From NCBI RefSeq assembly GCF_009914755.1, contig NC_060933.1: a DNA stretch of 64,000 nt; one strand, given 5' to 3'. Of this stretch, positions 25,801-42,100 are shown piece after piece (the first letter of the stretch is position 1; every line of letters starts with the position of its first letter). The position numbers and the translations under genes are program-made. The notes beneath the pieces were generated by a model. The model ran no database searches. It was not told where the DNA came from and saw only the letters and a program-made list of their open reading frames with translations. Source of the stretch: the human T2T-CHM13v2.0 reference genome, Homo sapiens.

Positions 25801-28800
25801 AATGGAATCGAATGGAATGGAATCGAATGGAATGGATTCAACTCGAATGGAATGGAAAGTAATGGAATCAACCCGAGTGGAATGGCATGGAATGGAATCG
25901 AATGGAATGGAAAGGAATGGAATCAACCCGAGTGCAGAGGAATGGAATGGAATGGAAGGCAATGGATTGGAATGAAATGGAATGGCATGGAATGGAATGG
26001 AATCAACCCGAGTTCAATGGAATTGAATGGAATGGAATGGAATGGAATGGAATGGAATAAACTCGATTGCAAAGGAATGGAATGGAATGGAATGGAATGG
26101 AATGGAATGGAATGGAATGGAATTAACCCTAATAGAATGGAATGGAATGGAATAGAATGGAATGGAATGGAAGGGAATGGAATGGAATGGAATGGAATTA
26201 ACCCGAATAGAATGGAATGGAATGGAATTGAATGGAATGGAATGGAATGGAATCAACTCGATTTCAATGGAATGGAATGGAATGGAATGGAATGGAATCG
26301 AATGGAATCCACCCGAGTGCAGGGGAATGGAATGGAATAGAATGCAATGGAATGGAATCATACGGAATGGAATGGAATGGAATGGAATTGAATGGAATGG
26401 AAAGGAATGGAAACAACCCGAATGGAATGGAATGTGATGGATTGTAAGGGAATTGAATAGAATCAATCCGAATGTAATGGAATTGAATGGAACGGAATGG
26501 AATGGAATGGAATGGAATGGAATGGAATGCAAAGGAATGGGATCAACCCGAGTGCAATGGAATGGAATCGAAAGGAATGGAATGGAATGGAAAGGCTTCA
26601 CCCCGAATGGAATGGAAAGGAATGGAATCAACCCGAGTTGAATGGAATGGAATGGAATGGAATGGAATGGAATGGAATGGAATGGAATGGAATGCAATGG
26701 AATGGAACGGAATCGAATCAACCCGATTGCAATGAAACTGAATGGAATGGAATGGAATGGAATGGAATTAACCCAAATAGAATGGAATGGAATGGAATGG
26801 AATGGTATGGAATGGAATGGAACGGAATGGAATGGAATGGAATTGAATGGAATCAACCCGGGTGCAGGGGAATGCAATTGAATGGAAGGCAATGGAATGC
26901 AATCATCCGAAATGGAATGGAATTGAAAGGAATGGAATGGTTTCAACCCGAATGGAATGGAATGGAAAGGAATCAACCCGAGTGGAATGGCATGGAATGG
27001 AATGGAATGGAATGGAATGGAATGGAATGGAATGGTATGGAATAGAATGGAATGGAACGAAATGGAATGGAAGGGAATGGAATGGAATGGAATGGAATGG
27101 AATCAACCCGACTGCAATGGAATGGAGTGGAATGGAATGGAATGGAATGGAAACAACCCGAATGGAATGGAATGTAATGGAGTGTAAGGGAATTGAATAC
27201 AATCAATACGAATGTAATGGAATGGAATGGAACGGAATGGAATGGAATGGAATGGAATGGAATGGAATGGAATGGATTCAACCCAAATGGAATGGAAAGC
27301 AATGGAATCAACCCGAGTGGAATGGCATGGAACGGAATGGAATGGAATGGTATGGAATAGAATGGAATGGAAACAAATGGAATGGAATGGAATGGAATGG
27401 AACGGAATGGAATGGAAAGGAATGGAATGGAATGGAATGGAATAGAATGGAATGGAACGAAATGGAATGGAATGGAACGGAATGGAATGGAATCAATCCG
27501 AGTGGAATAGAAGGGAATGCAATCGAGTAGAATGGAAAGGAATGGAATCAACCAGAGTGGAATGGAAGGGAATGGAATGGAATGGAATGGAATGGAATGG
27601 AATGGAATGGAATCAAGTCGATTGCAATGGAATGTAATGGAATGGAGTGGAATGGAATTAACGCGAATAGAATGGAATGGAATGGAATGGAATGGAATGG
27701 AATCAACCTGAGTGCAGGGGAATGGAGTGCAATGGAATGCAATGGAATGCAAAGGAATGGAATGGAATGGAATGGAATCAACGCGAGTACAGGGGAATGG
27801 AATTTAATGGAATGCAATGGAATGGAATCTTCCGGAATGGAATGGAATGGAATGGAATCAACCCGAGTGCAATGGAATGGAGAGGAATGGAATGGAATGG
27901 AATGGAACAACCCGAATGGAATCGAATGTAATGGAGAGTAAGGGAGTTGAATAGAATCAATCCGAATGTAATGGAATGGAATGGAACGGAATGGAATTGA
28001 ATGGTATCGAATGGAATGCAATGGAATGGAATCAACCCGAGTGCAATGGAATGGAGAGGAATGGAATGGAATGGAATGGAAACTACCCGAATGGAATGGA
28101 ATGTAATGGAGTGTAAGGGAATTGAATAGAATCAATCCGAATGTAATGGAATGGAATGGAACGGAATGGAATGGAATGGAATGGAATGGAATGGAATGGA
28201 ATGGAATGGAATACAATGGAATGGAATCAACCCGAGTGCAATCGAATGGAATGGAATGGAATGGAATGCAATGGAATGGATTCAACTTGAATGGAATGGA
28301 AAGAATGGAATCAATACGAGTGGAATGGCATGGATTGGAATGGAATGGAATGGAATCAACCCGAGTACAGGGGAATGGAATGGAATGGAATGCAATGGAA
28401 TGGAATCATCCGTAATGTAATGGAAAGGAATGGAATGGAATGGAATGGAATGGAATGGAATGGAATGGAATCAACTCGATAGCAATCGAATGGAATGGAA
28501 TGGAATTAACCCAAATAGAATGGAATGGAATGGAATGGAACGGAACGGAATGGAATGCAATGGAATGGAATAGAATGGAATGGAACGGAACGGAATGGAA
28601 TGGAATGGAATGGAATGGAATGGAATGGAATCAACGCGAGTGCAGGGAAATGGAATTGTATGGAATGCAATGGAATGGAACCTTCCGGAATGGAATGGAA
28701 TGGAATGGAATGGCATGAAATGCAATGGATTCAACTCGATTGCAATGGAATGGAATAGAATGGAATGGAATGGAATGGAATGGAATTAACCCGAATAGAA

Positions 28801-31800
28801 TGGAATGGAATGGAATGGAACGGAATGGAACGGAATGGAATGGAATGGAATGGAATGGAATGGTATGGAATGGAATGGAATGGAATCAACCCGAGTGCAA
28901 TGGAATGGAGTGGAATGGAATGGAATGGAATGGAACAACCCGAATGGAATGGAATGTAATGGAGAGTAAGGGAGTTGAATAGAATCAGTCCGAATGTAAT
29001 GGAATGGAATGCAACGGAATGGAATGGAATGGAATGGAATGGAATGGAATGGAATGGAATCAACCCGAGTACAATGGAATGGAATGGAATGGAATGGAAT
29101 GGAATGGAATGGAATTGAATGGAATGGAATGCCTTCAAACCGAATGGAATGGAAAGGAATGGAATCAACAAGAGTGGAATGGAATGGAATGGAATGGAAT
29201 GGAATGGAATGGTACGGAATAGAATGGAATGGAACGAAATGGAATGGAATGGAATGGAATGGAATGGAATGGAATGGAATGGAATGGAATGGAATCGATC
29301 CGAGTGGAATAGGAGGGAATGTATTCGATTGGAATGGAAAGGAATGGAATCAACCAGAGTGGAATGGAAGGGAATGGAATGGAATGGAAACTAATAGAAT
29401 GGAATCAACCCGAGTGGAATGGAATGGAAAGGACTGGAATGGAATGGAATGGAATGGAATGGAATGGAATGGAATCAACTCGATTGTAATAGAATGGAAT
29501 GGAATGGAATGGAATGGCATGGAATGGAATTAACCCGAATAAAATGGAATGGAATGGAATGGAACGGAATGGAGTGGAATGGAATGGAATCAACCCGAGT
29601 GCAGGGGAATGGAATGGAATGGAATGCAATGGAATGGAATCATCCGGAATGGAATGGAATGGAATGGAATGCAAAGCAATTGAATCAACTCGATTGCAAT
29701 GGAATGGAATGGAATGGAAAGGAATAGAATGGAATCAACCCGAGTGGAATGGAATGGAAAGGACTGGAATGGAGTGGAATGGAATGGAATGGAATGGAAT
29801 GCAATCAACTCGATTGGAATGGAATGGAATGGAATGGAATGGAATGGAATGGAATGGAATCAACTCGATTGCAATCGAATGGAATGGAATGGAATTAACC
29901 CGAATAGAATGGAATGGAATGGAATGGAACGGAACGGAACGGAATGGAATGGAATGGAATGGAATGGAATGGAATCAACTCGAGTGCAGGGGAATGGATT
30001 GGAATGGAATGCAATGGAATGGAATCTTCCGGAATGGAGTGGAAAGGAATGGAATGGAATGAAATGCAATGGGTTCAACTCGATTGCAATGGAATGGAAT
30101 AGAATGGAATGGAATGGAATGGAATGGAATTAATTCGAATAGAATGGAATGGAATGTAATGGAACGGAATGGAACGGAATGGAATGGAATGGAATGGAAT
30201 GGTATGGAACGGAATGGAATGGTACGGAATAGAATGGAATGGAACGAATTGTAATGGAATGGAATTGAATGGAATGGAATGGAATGGAATGGAATCAACG
30301 CGAGTGCAGGGGAATGTAATGGAACGGAATGCAATGGAATGGAATCATCCGCAATGGAATGGAATGGAATGGAATGGAATGGAATGGAATCAACCCAAGT
30401 GCAATGGAATGGAGTGGAATGGAATGGAATGGAATGGAACAACCCGAATGGAATGGAATGTAATGGAGAGTAAGGGAGTTGAATAGAATCAATCCGAATG
30501 TAATGGAATGGAATGCAACGGAATGGAATGGAATGGAATGGAATGGAATGCAATGGGATTGAATCAACCCGAGTACAATGGAATGGAATGGAATCGAATG
30601 GAATGGAAGGGAATGGAATGGAATGGAATGATACGGAATAGAATGGAATGGAACGAAATGGAATGGAATGGAATGGAATGGAATGGAATGGAATGGAATG
30701 GAATGGAATGGAATCGTTCCGAGTGGAATAGGAGGGAATGTATTCGAGTGGAATGGAAAGGAATGGAATCAACCAGAGTGGAATGGAAGGGAATGGAATG
30801 GAATGGAAACTAATAGAATGGAATCAACCCGAGAGGAATGGAATGGAAAAGACTGGAATGGAATGGAATGGAATGGAATCAACTCGATTGTAATGGAATG
30901 GAATGGAATGGAATGGAATTAACCCGAATAGAATGGAATTGAATGGAATGGAATGGAATGGAACGAAAAGGAAGGGAATCGAATGGAATAGAATGGAATG
31001 GAATGGAATCAACGCGAGTCCAGGGGAATGGAATGGAATGGAATGCAATGGAATGGAATCTTCCGGAATGGAATGGAATGGAATGGAATGGAATGGAATG
31101 GAATGGAATCAACCCGAGTGCAATGGAATGGAGTCGAATGGAATGGAATGGAATGGAATGGAACAACCCGAATGGAATGGAATGTAATGGATAGTAAGGG
31201 AGTTGAATAGAATGAATCCGAATGTAATGGAATGGAATGGAACGGAATGGAATTGAATGGAATGGAATGGAATGCAATGGAATGGAATCAACCCGAGTTC
31301 AATGGAATGGAGACGAATGGAATGGAATGGAATGGAAACTACCCGAATGGAATGGAATGTAATGGAGTGTAAGGGAATTGAATAGCATCAATCCGAATGT
31401 AATGGAATGGAATGGAACGGAATGGAATGGAATGGAATGGAATGGAATAGAATGCAATGGAATGGAATCAACCCGAGTGCAATCGAATGGAATCGAATGG
31501 AATGGAATGCAATGGAATGGATTCAACTTGAATGGAAGGGAAAGAATGGAATCAACACGAGTGGAATGGCATGGATTGGAATGGAATGGAATGGAATCAA
31601 CCCGAGTACAGGGGAATGGAACGGAATGGAATGCAATGGAATGGAATCATCCGTAATGGAATGGAAAGGAATAGAATGGAATGGAATGGAATGGAATGGA
31701 ATCAACTCGATTGCAATCGAATGGAATGGAATGGAATTAACCCGAATAGAATGGAATTGAATGGAATGGAACGGAACGGAATGGAATGGAATGGAATGGA

Positions 31801-33143
31801 ATGAAATGGAATGGAACGGAAAGGAAGGGAATGGAATGGAATAGAATGGAATGGAATGGAATCAACGCGAGTGCAGGGGAATGGAATGGAATGGAATGCA
31901 GTGGAATGGAATCTTCCGGAACGGAATGGAATGGAATGGAATGGAATTTAATGGAATAGAATGGAATCAACCCGAGTGCAATGGAATGGAGTGGAATGGA
32001 ATGGAATGGAATGGAACAACCCGATGGAATGGAATGTAATGGAGAGTAAGGGAGTTGAATAGAATCAATCCGAATGTAATGGAATGGAATGGAACGGAAT
32101 GGAATTGACTGGAATGGAATGGAATGCAATGGAATGGAATCAACCCGAGTGCAATGGAATGGAGAGGAATGGAATGGAATGGAATGGAAACTACCCGAAT
32201 GGAATGGAATGTAATGGAGTGTAAGGGAATTGAATAGAATCAATCCGAATGTAATGGAATGGAATGGAATGGAATGGAATGGAATGGAATGGAATGCAAT
32301 GGAATGGAATGGAATGCAATGGAATGGAATCAACCCGAGTGCAATCGAATGGAATCGAATGGAATGGAATGCAATGGAATGGATTCAACTTGAATGGAAT
32401 GGAAAGAATGGAATCAACACGAGTGGAATGGCATGGATTGGAATGAAATGGAATGGAATCAACCCGAGTACAGGGGAATGAAATGGAATGGAATGCAATG
32501 GAATGGAATCATCCGTAATGGAATGGAAAGGAATGGAATGGAATGGAATGGAATGGAATGGAATGGAATGGAATGGAATGGAATCAACTCGATTGCAATC
32601 GAATGGAATGGAATGGAATTAACCCGAATAGAATGGAATGGAATGGAATGGAACGGAACGGAATGGAATGGAATGGAATGGAATGGAATGGAATGGAATG
32701 GAACGGAACGGAATGGAATGGAATTGAATGGAATGGAATGGAATCAACGCGAGTGCAGGGGAATGGAATGGAATGGAATGCAATGGAATGGAATCTTCTG
32801 GAATGGAATGGAATGGAATGGAATGGAATGGAATGGAATCAACCCGAGTGCAATGGAATGGAGTGGAATGGAATGGAATGGAATGGAACAACCCGAATGG
32901 AATGGAATATAATGGAGAGTAAGGGAGTTGAATAGAATCAATCCGAATGTAATGGAATGGAATGGAACGGAATGGAATTGAATGGAATGGAATGGAATGC
33001 AATGGAATGGAATCAACCCGAGTGCAATGGAATGGAGAGGAATGGAATGGAATGGAATGGAACTGAATGGAATGGAATGGAATGGAATCACCTCGAGTGC
33101 AGGGGAATGGAATGGAATGGAATGCAATGGAATGGAATCTTCC
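22821..33143 (+). repeat. ~10.3-kb higher-order repeat, copy 3 (10,323 bp)
   Basis: Same landmark order. Private variants include TCTTCTGG at ~32794 and GGAATTGAAT at ~24031. Confidence 0.95.
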
Positions 33144-36100
33144 GGAATGGAATGGAATGGAATGGAATGGAATCAACCTGATTGCAATGGAATGGAGTGG
33201 AATGGAATGGAAACAACCCGAATGGAATGGAATGGCATGGAGTGTAAGGGAAGTGAATAGAATCAATACGAATGTAATGGAATGGAAAGGAACGGAATGG
33301 AATGCAATGGAATGGAATGGAATCCAATGGAATGGGTTCAACCCGAGTGCAATGGAATGGAATCGAAAGTAATGGAATGGAATGGAATGGATTCAACACC
33401 AATGGAATGGAAAGGAATGGAATCAACCCGAGTGGAATGGAATTTAATGGAATGGAATGGAATGGAATGCAGTGAAATGGAATCAAACCTAGTGCAATGG
33501 AATGGAATGGAATGGAATGGAATGGAATGGATTAGATTCAACCCAAATGGAATGGAAAGCAATGGAATCAACCCGAGTGGAATGGCATGGCATGGAATGG
33601 AATGGAATGGAATGGAATGGAAGGGTACGGAATAGAATGGAATGGAACGAAATGGAATGGAATGGAATGGAATGGAATGGAATGGAATGGAATGGAATAG
33701 AATGGAATCCACCCGATTGCAGGGGAATGGAATGGAATGGAATGCAATGGAATGGAATGGAATGGATTCAACCCGAATGGAATGGAAAGGAAAGGAATAA
33801 ACCCGAGTGAAATGGCATGGAAGGGAATGGAATGGAATGCAATGGTACGGAGTAGAATGGAATGGAACGAAATGGAATGGAATGGAATGGAATGGAATGG
33901 AATTGGATGGAATGAACCCGTGAGCAATGGAATGGAATGGAATGGAATGGAATGGAATGGAATGGAATGGGTTCAACTCGAATGGAATGGAAAGGAATGG
34001 AATCAACCCGAGTGGAATGGCATGGAATGGAATGGAATGGAATGGAATGGAATGGAATGGAATGGATTCAACCCGAATGGAATGGATTCAACCCGAATGG
34101 AATGGAAAGGAATGGAATAAACCCGAGTGGAATGGCATGGAATGGAGTGGAATGGAATGGAATGGAAGGGAATGGTACGGAATAGAATGGAATGGAACGA
34201 AATGGAATGGAATGGAATGGAATGGAATGGAATGGAATGGAATGAACCCGTGTGCAATTGAATGGAATCGAATGGAATGGAATGCAATGGAATGGATTCA
34301 ACTAGAATGGAATGGAAAGGAATGGAATCAACTCGAGTGGAATGGCATGGCATGGAATGCAATGGAATGGAATGGAATGGAATGGAAAGGTACGGAATAG
34401 AATGGAATGGAACGAAATGGAATGGAATGGAATGGAATGAATGGAATGGAATGGAATAGAATGGAATCCACCCGATTGCAGGGGAATGGAATGGAACGGA
34501 ATGCAATGGAATGGAATGGAATGGATTCAACCCGAATGGAATGGAAAGGAATGGAATCAACCCGAGTGGAATGGCATGGAATGGAATGGAATGGAATGGA
34601 ATGGAATGGTACGGAATAGAATGGAATGGAACGAAATGGAATGGAATGGAATGGAATGGAATGGAATGGAATGGAATCAACCTGAGTGCAATGGAATGGA
34701 GTGGAATGGAATGTAATGGAACGGAAACAACCCGAATGAAATGGAATGTAATGGAGTGTAAGGGAATTGAATACAATCAATCCGAATGTAATGGAATGGA
34801 ATGGAACGGAATGGAATGGAATGGAATGGAATGGAATGGAATGGAATGAAATGGAAAGGCAGGGAATGGAATGGAATCAACCCGAGTGCAAAGGAATGGA
34901 ATGGAATGGAATGGAATGGAATGGAATGGAATGGATTCAACCCGAATGGAATGGAAAGGAATGTAATAAACCTGAGTGGAATGGCATGGAATGGAATGGA
35001 ATGGAATGGAATGGTACGGAATAGAATGGAATGGAACGAAATGGAATGGAATGGAATGGAATGGAATGGAATCAACCTGAGTGCAATGGAATGGAGTAGA
35101 ATGGAATGTAATGGAATGGAAACAACCCGAAAGGAATGGAAAGTAATGGAGTGTAAGGGAATTGAGTACAATCAGTACGAATGTAATGGAATGGAATGGA
35201 ACGGAATGGAATGGAATGGAAAGGAATGGAATCAACACGAGTGCAGGGGAATGGAATGGAATGGAATGCAATGGAATGGAATCATCCTGAATGGAATGGA
35301 ATGCAATGGAATGGAATCAATCAACCCGAGTGCAATAGAATGCAGAGGAATGGAATGGAATGGAATGGAAACTACGCGAATGGAATGGAATGTAATGGAG
35401 TGTAAGGGAATTAAAAAGAATCAATCCGAATGTAATGGAATTGAACGGAAAGGAATGGAATGGAATGGAACGGAATGGAATGGAATGGAATGAAATGGAA
35501 TGGCATGGAATGGAATGGAATCAACCCGAGTTCAATGGAATGGAAAGGAATGGAATGGAATAGAATGGAATGGAATGGAATGGAATGGATTCAACCCGAA
35601 TGGAATGGAAAGGAATGGAATAAACCCGAGTGAAATGGCATGGAAGGGAATGGAATGGAATGGAATGGTAAGGAATAGAATGGAATGGAACGAAATGGAA
35701 TGGAATGGAATGGAATGGAATGGAATGGAATGGAATGGAATGGAATGGAATGAACCCGTGTGCAAAGGAATGGAATGGAATGGAATGGAATGGAATGGAA
35801 TGGAATAGAATGGAATGGGTTCAACTGGAATGGAATGGAAAGGAATGGAATCAACCCGAGTGCAATGGAATGGAGTGGAATGGAATGGAATGGAATGGAA
35901 TCAACCCGAGTGCAATGGAATGGAATGGAATGGAATGGAATGGAATGGAATGGAATGAATTCAACCCGAATGGAATGGAAAGGAATGGAATAAACCCGAG
36001 TGGAATGGCATGGAATGGAGTGGAATGGAATGGAATGGAATGGTACGGAAGAGAATGGAATGGAACGAAATGGAATGAAATGGAATAGAATGGAATGGAA

Positions 36101-39100
36101 TGGAATGGAATGGAATGAACCCGTGAGCAATGGAATGGAATCGAATGGAATGGAATCGAATGGAATGGATTCAACTCGAATGGAATGGAAAGTAATGGAA
36201 TCAACCCGAGTGGAATGGCATGGAATGGAATCGAATGGAATGGAAAGGAATGGAATCAACCCGAGTGCAGAGGAATGGAATGGAATGGAAGGCAATGGAT
36301 TGGAATGAAATGGAATGGCATGGAATGGAATGGAATCAACCCGAGTTCAATGGAATTGAATGGAATGGAATGGAATGGAATGGAATGGAATAAACTCGAT
36401 TGCAAAGGAATGGAATGGAATGGAATGGAATGGAATGGAATGGAATGGAATGGAATTAACCCTAATAGAATGGAATGGAATGGAATAGAATGGAATGGAA
36501 TGGAAGGGAATGGAATGGAATGGAATGGAATTAACCCGAATAGAATGGAATGGAATGGAATTGAATGGAATGGAATGGAATGGAATCAACTCGATTTCAA
36601 TGGAATGGAATGGAATGGAATGGAATGGAATCGAATGGAATCCACCCGAGTGCAGGGGAATGGAATGGAATAGAATGCAATGGAATGGAATCATACGGAA
36701 TGGAATGGAATGGAATGGAATTGAATGGAATGGAAAGGAATGGAAACAACCCGAATGGAATGGAATGTGATGGATTTTAAGGGAATTGAATAGAATCAAT
36801 CCGAATGTAATGGAATTGAATGGAACGGAATGGAATGGAATGGAATGGAATGGAATGGAATGCAAAGGAATGGGATCAACCCGAGTGCAATGGAATGGAA
36901 TCGAAAGGAATGGAATGGAATGGAAAGGCTTCACCCCGAATGGAATGGAAAGGAATGGAATCAACCCGAGTTGAATGGAATGGAATGGAATGGAATGGAA
37001 TGGAATGGAATGGAATGGAATGGAATGCAATGGAATGGAACGGAATCGAATCAACCCGATTGCAATGAAACTGAATGGAATGGAATGGAATGGAATGGAA
37101 TTAACCCAAATAGAATGGAATGGAATGGAATGGAATGGTATGGAATGGAATGGAACGGAATGGAATGGAATGGAATTGAATGGAATCAACCCTGGTGCAG
37201 GGGAATGCAATTGAATGGAAGGCAATGGAATGCAATCATCCGAAATGGAATGGAATTGAAAGGAATGGAATGGTTTCAACCCGAATGGAATGGAATGGAA
37301 AGGAATCAACCCGAGTGGAATGGCATGGAATGGAATGGAATGGAATGGAATGGAATGGAATGGAATGGTATGGAATAGAATGGAATGGAACGAAATGGAA
37401 TGGAAGGGAATGGAATGGAATGGAATGGAATCAACCCGACTGCAATGGAATGGAGTGGAATGGAATGGAATGGAATGGAAACAACCCGAATGGAATGGAA
37501 TGTAATGGAGTGTAAGGGAATTGAATACAATCAATACGAATGTAATGGAATGGAATGGAACGGAATGGAATGGAATGGAATGGAATGGAATGGAATGGAA
37601 TGGATTCAACCCAAATGGAATGGAAAGCAATGGAATCAACCCGAGTGGAATGGCATGGAACGGAATGGAATGGAATGGTATGGAATAGAATGGAATGGAA
37701 ACAAATGGAATGGAATGGAATGGAATGGAACGGAATGGAATGGAAAGGAATGGAATGGAATGGAATGGAATAGAATGGAATGGAACGAAATGGAATGGAA
37801 TGGAACGGAATGGAATGGAATCAATCCGAGTGGAATAGAAGGGAATGCAATCGAGTAGAATGGAAAGGAATGGAATCAACCAGAGTGGAATGGAAGGGAA
37901 TGGAATGGAATGGAATGGAATGGAATGGAATGGAATGGAATGGAATCAAGTCGATTGCAATGGAATGTAATGGAATGGAGTGGAATGGAATTAACGCGAA
38001 TAGAATGGAATGGAATGGAATGGAATGGAATGGAATCAACCTGAGTGCAGGGGAATGGAGTGCAATGGAATGCAATGGAATGCAAAGGAATGGAATGGAA
38101 TGGAATGGAATCAACGCGAGTACAGGGGAATGGAATTTAATGGAATGCAATGGAATGGAATCTTCCGGAATGGAATGGAATGGAATGGAATCAACCCGAG
38201 TGCAATGGAATGGAGAGGAATGGAATGGAATGGAATGGAACAACCCGAATGGAATCGAATGTAATGGAGAGTAAGGGAGTTGAATAGAATCAATCCGAAT
38301 GTAATGGAATGGAATGGAACGGAATGGAATTGAATGGTATCGAATGGAATGCAATGGAATGGAATCAACCCGAGTGCAATGGAATGGAGAGGAATGGAAT
38401 GGAATGGAATGGAAACTACCCGAATGGAATGGAATGTAATGGAGTGTAAGGGAATTGAATAGAATCAATCCGAATGTAATGGAATGGAATGGAACGGAAT
38501 GGAATGGAATGGAATGGAATGGAATGGAATGGAATGGAATACAATGGAATGGAATCAACCCGAGTGCAATCGAATGGAATGGAATGGAATGGAATGCAAT
38601 GGAATGGATTCAACTTGAATGGAATGGAAAGAATGGAATCAATACGAGTGGAATGGCATGGATTGGAATGGAATGGAATGGAATCAACCCGAGTACAGGG
38701 GAATGGAATGGAATGGAATGCAATGGAATGGAATCATCCGTAATGTAATGGAAAGGAATGGAATGGAATGGAATGGAATGGAATGGAATGGAATGGAATC
38801 AACTCGATAGCAATCGAATGGAATGGAATGGAATTAACCCAAATAGAATGGAATGGAATGGAATGGAACGGAACGGAATGGAATGCAATGGAATGGAATA
38901 GAATGGAATGGAACGGAACGGAATGGAATGGAATGGAATGGAATGGAATGGAATGGAATCAACGCGAGTGCAGGGAAATGGAATTGTATGGAATGCAATG
39001 GAATGGAACCTTCCGGAATGGAATGGAATGGAATGGAATGGCATGAAATGCAATGGATTCAACTCGATTGCAATGGAATGGAATAGAATGGAATGGAATG

Positions 39101-42100
39101 GAATGGAATGGAATTAACCCGAATACAATGGAATGGAATGGAATGGAACGGAATGGAACGGAATGGAATGGAATGGAATGGAATGGAATGGTATGGAATG
39201 GAATGGAATGGAATCAACCCGAGTGCAATGGAATGGAGTGGAATGGAATGGAATGGAATGGAACAACCCGAATGGAATGGAATGTAATGGAGAGTAAGGG
39301 AGTTGAATAGAATCAGTCCGAATGTAAAGGAATGGAATGCAACGGAATGGAATGGAATGGAATGGAATGGAATGGAATGGAATAGAATGGAATCAACCCG
39401 AGTACAATGGAATGGAATGGAATGGAATGGAATGGAATGGAATGGAATTGAATGGAATGGAATGCCTTCAAACCGAATGGAATGGAAAGGAATGGAATCA
39501 ACAAGAGTGGAATGGAATGGAATGGAATGGAATGGAATGGAATGGAATGGTACGGAATAGAATGGAATGGAACGAAATGGAATGGAATGGAATGGAATGG
39601 AATGGAATGGAATGGAATGGAATGGAATGGAATCGATCCGAGTGGAATAGGAGGGAATGTATTCGATTGGAATGGAAAGGAATGGAATCAACCAGAGTGG
39701 AATGGAAGGGAATGGAATGGAATGGAAACTAATAGAATGGAATCAACCCGAGTGGAATGGAATGGAAAGGACTGGAATGGAATGGAATGGAATGGAATGG
39801 AATCAACTCGATTGTAATAGAATGGAATGGAATGGAATGGAATGGCATGGAATGGAATTAACCCGAATAAAATGGAATGGAATGGAATGGAACGGAATGG
39901 AGTGGAATGGAATGGAATCAACCCGAGTGCAGGGGAATGGAATGGAATGGAATGCAATGGAATGGAATCATCCGGAATGGAATGGAATGGAATGGAATGC
40001 AAAGCAATTGAATCAACTCGATTGCAATGGAATGGAATGGAATGGAAAGGAATAGAATGGAATCAACCCGAGTGGAATGGAATGGAAAGGACTGGAATGG
40101 AGTGGAATGGAATGGAATGGAATGGAATGCAATCAACTCGATTGGAATGGAATGGAATGGAATGGAATGGAATGGAATGGAATGGAATCAACTCGATTGC
40201 AATCGAATGGAATGGAATGGAATTAACCCGAATAGAATGGAATAGAATGGAATGGAACGGAACGGAACGGAATGGAATGGAATGGAATGGAATGGAATGT
40301 AATCAACTCGAGTGCAGGGGAATGGATTGGAATGGAATGCAATGGAATGGAATCTTCCGGAATGGAATGGAAAGGAATGGAATGGAATGAAATGCAATGG
40401 GTTCAACCCGATTGCAATGGAATGGAATAGAATGGAATGGAATGGAATGGAATGGAATTAATTCGAATAGAATGGAATGGAATGTAATGGAACGGAATGG
40501 AACGGAATGGAATGGAATGGAATGGAATGGTATGGAACGGAATGGAATGGTACGGAATAGAATGGAATGGAACGAATTGTAATGGAATGGAATTGAATGG
40601 AATGGAATGGAATGGAATGGAATCAACGCGAGTGCAGGGGAATGTAATGGAACGGAATGCAATGGAATGGAATCATCCGCAATGGAATGGAATGGAATGG
40701 AATGGAATGGAATGGAATCAACCCGAGTGCAATGGAATGGAGTGGAATGGAATGGAATGGAATGGAACAACCCGAATGGAATGGAATGTAATGGAGAGTA
40801 AGGGAGTTGAATAGAATCAATCCGAATGTAATGGAATGGAATGCAACGGAATGGAATGGAATGGAATGGAATGGAATGCAATGGAATTGAATCAACCCGA
40901 GTACAATGGAATGGAATGGAATCGAATGGAATGGAAGGGAATGGAATAGAATGGAATGATACGGAATAGAATGGAATGGAACGAAATGGAATGGAATGGA
41001 ATGGAATGGAATGGAATGGAATGGAATGGAATGGAATCGTTCCGAGTGGAATAGGAGGGAATGTATTCGAGTGGAATGGAAAGGAATGGAATCAACCAGA
41101 GTGGAATGGAAGGGAATGGAATGGAATGGAAACTAATAGAATGGAATCAACCCGAGAGGAATGGAATGGAAAAGACTGGAATGGAATGGAATGGAATGGA
41201 ATCAACTCGATTGTAATGGAATGGAATGGAATGGAATGGAATTAACCCGAATAGAATGGAATGGAATGGAATGGAATGGAATGGAACGAAAAGGAAGGGA
41301 ATGGAATGGAATAGAATGGAATGGAATGGAATCAACGCGAGTCCAGGGGAATGGAATGGAATGGAATGAAATGGAATGGAATCTTCCGGAATGGAATGGA
41401 ATGGAATGGAATGGAATGGAATGGAATCAACCCGAGTGCAATGGAATGGAGTCGAATGGAATGGAATGGAATGGAACAACCCGAATGGAATGGAATGTAA
41501 TGGATAGTAAGGGAGTTGAATAGAATGAATCCGAATGTAATGGAATGGAATGGAACGGAATGGAATTGAATGGAATGGAATGGAATGCAATGGAATGGAA
41601 TCAACCCGAGTTCAATGGAATGGAGACGAATGGAATGGAATGGAATGGAAACTACCCGAATGGAATGGAATGTAATGGAGTGTAAGGGAATTGAATAGCA
41701 TCAATCCGAATGTAATGGAATGGAATGGAACGGAATGGAATGGAATGGAATGGAATGGAATAGAATGCAATGGAATGGAATCAACCCGAGTGCAATCGAA
41801 TGGAATCGAATGGAATGGAATGCAATGGAATGGATTCAACTTGAATGGAAGGGAAAGAATGGAATCAACACGAGTGGAAGGGCATGGATTGGAATGGAAT
41901 GGAATGGAATCAACCCGAGTACAGGGGAATGGAACGGAATGGAATGCAATGGAATGGAATCATCCGTAATGGAATGGAAAGGAATAGAATGGAATGGAAT
42001 GGAATGGAATGGAATGGAATGGAATCAACTCGATTGCAATCGAATGGAATGGAATGGAATTAACCCGAATAGAATGGAATTGAATGGAATGGAACGGAAC

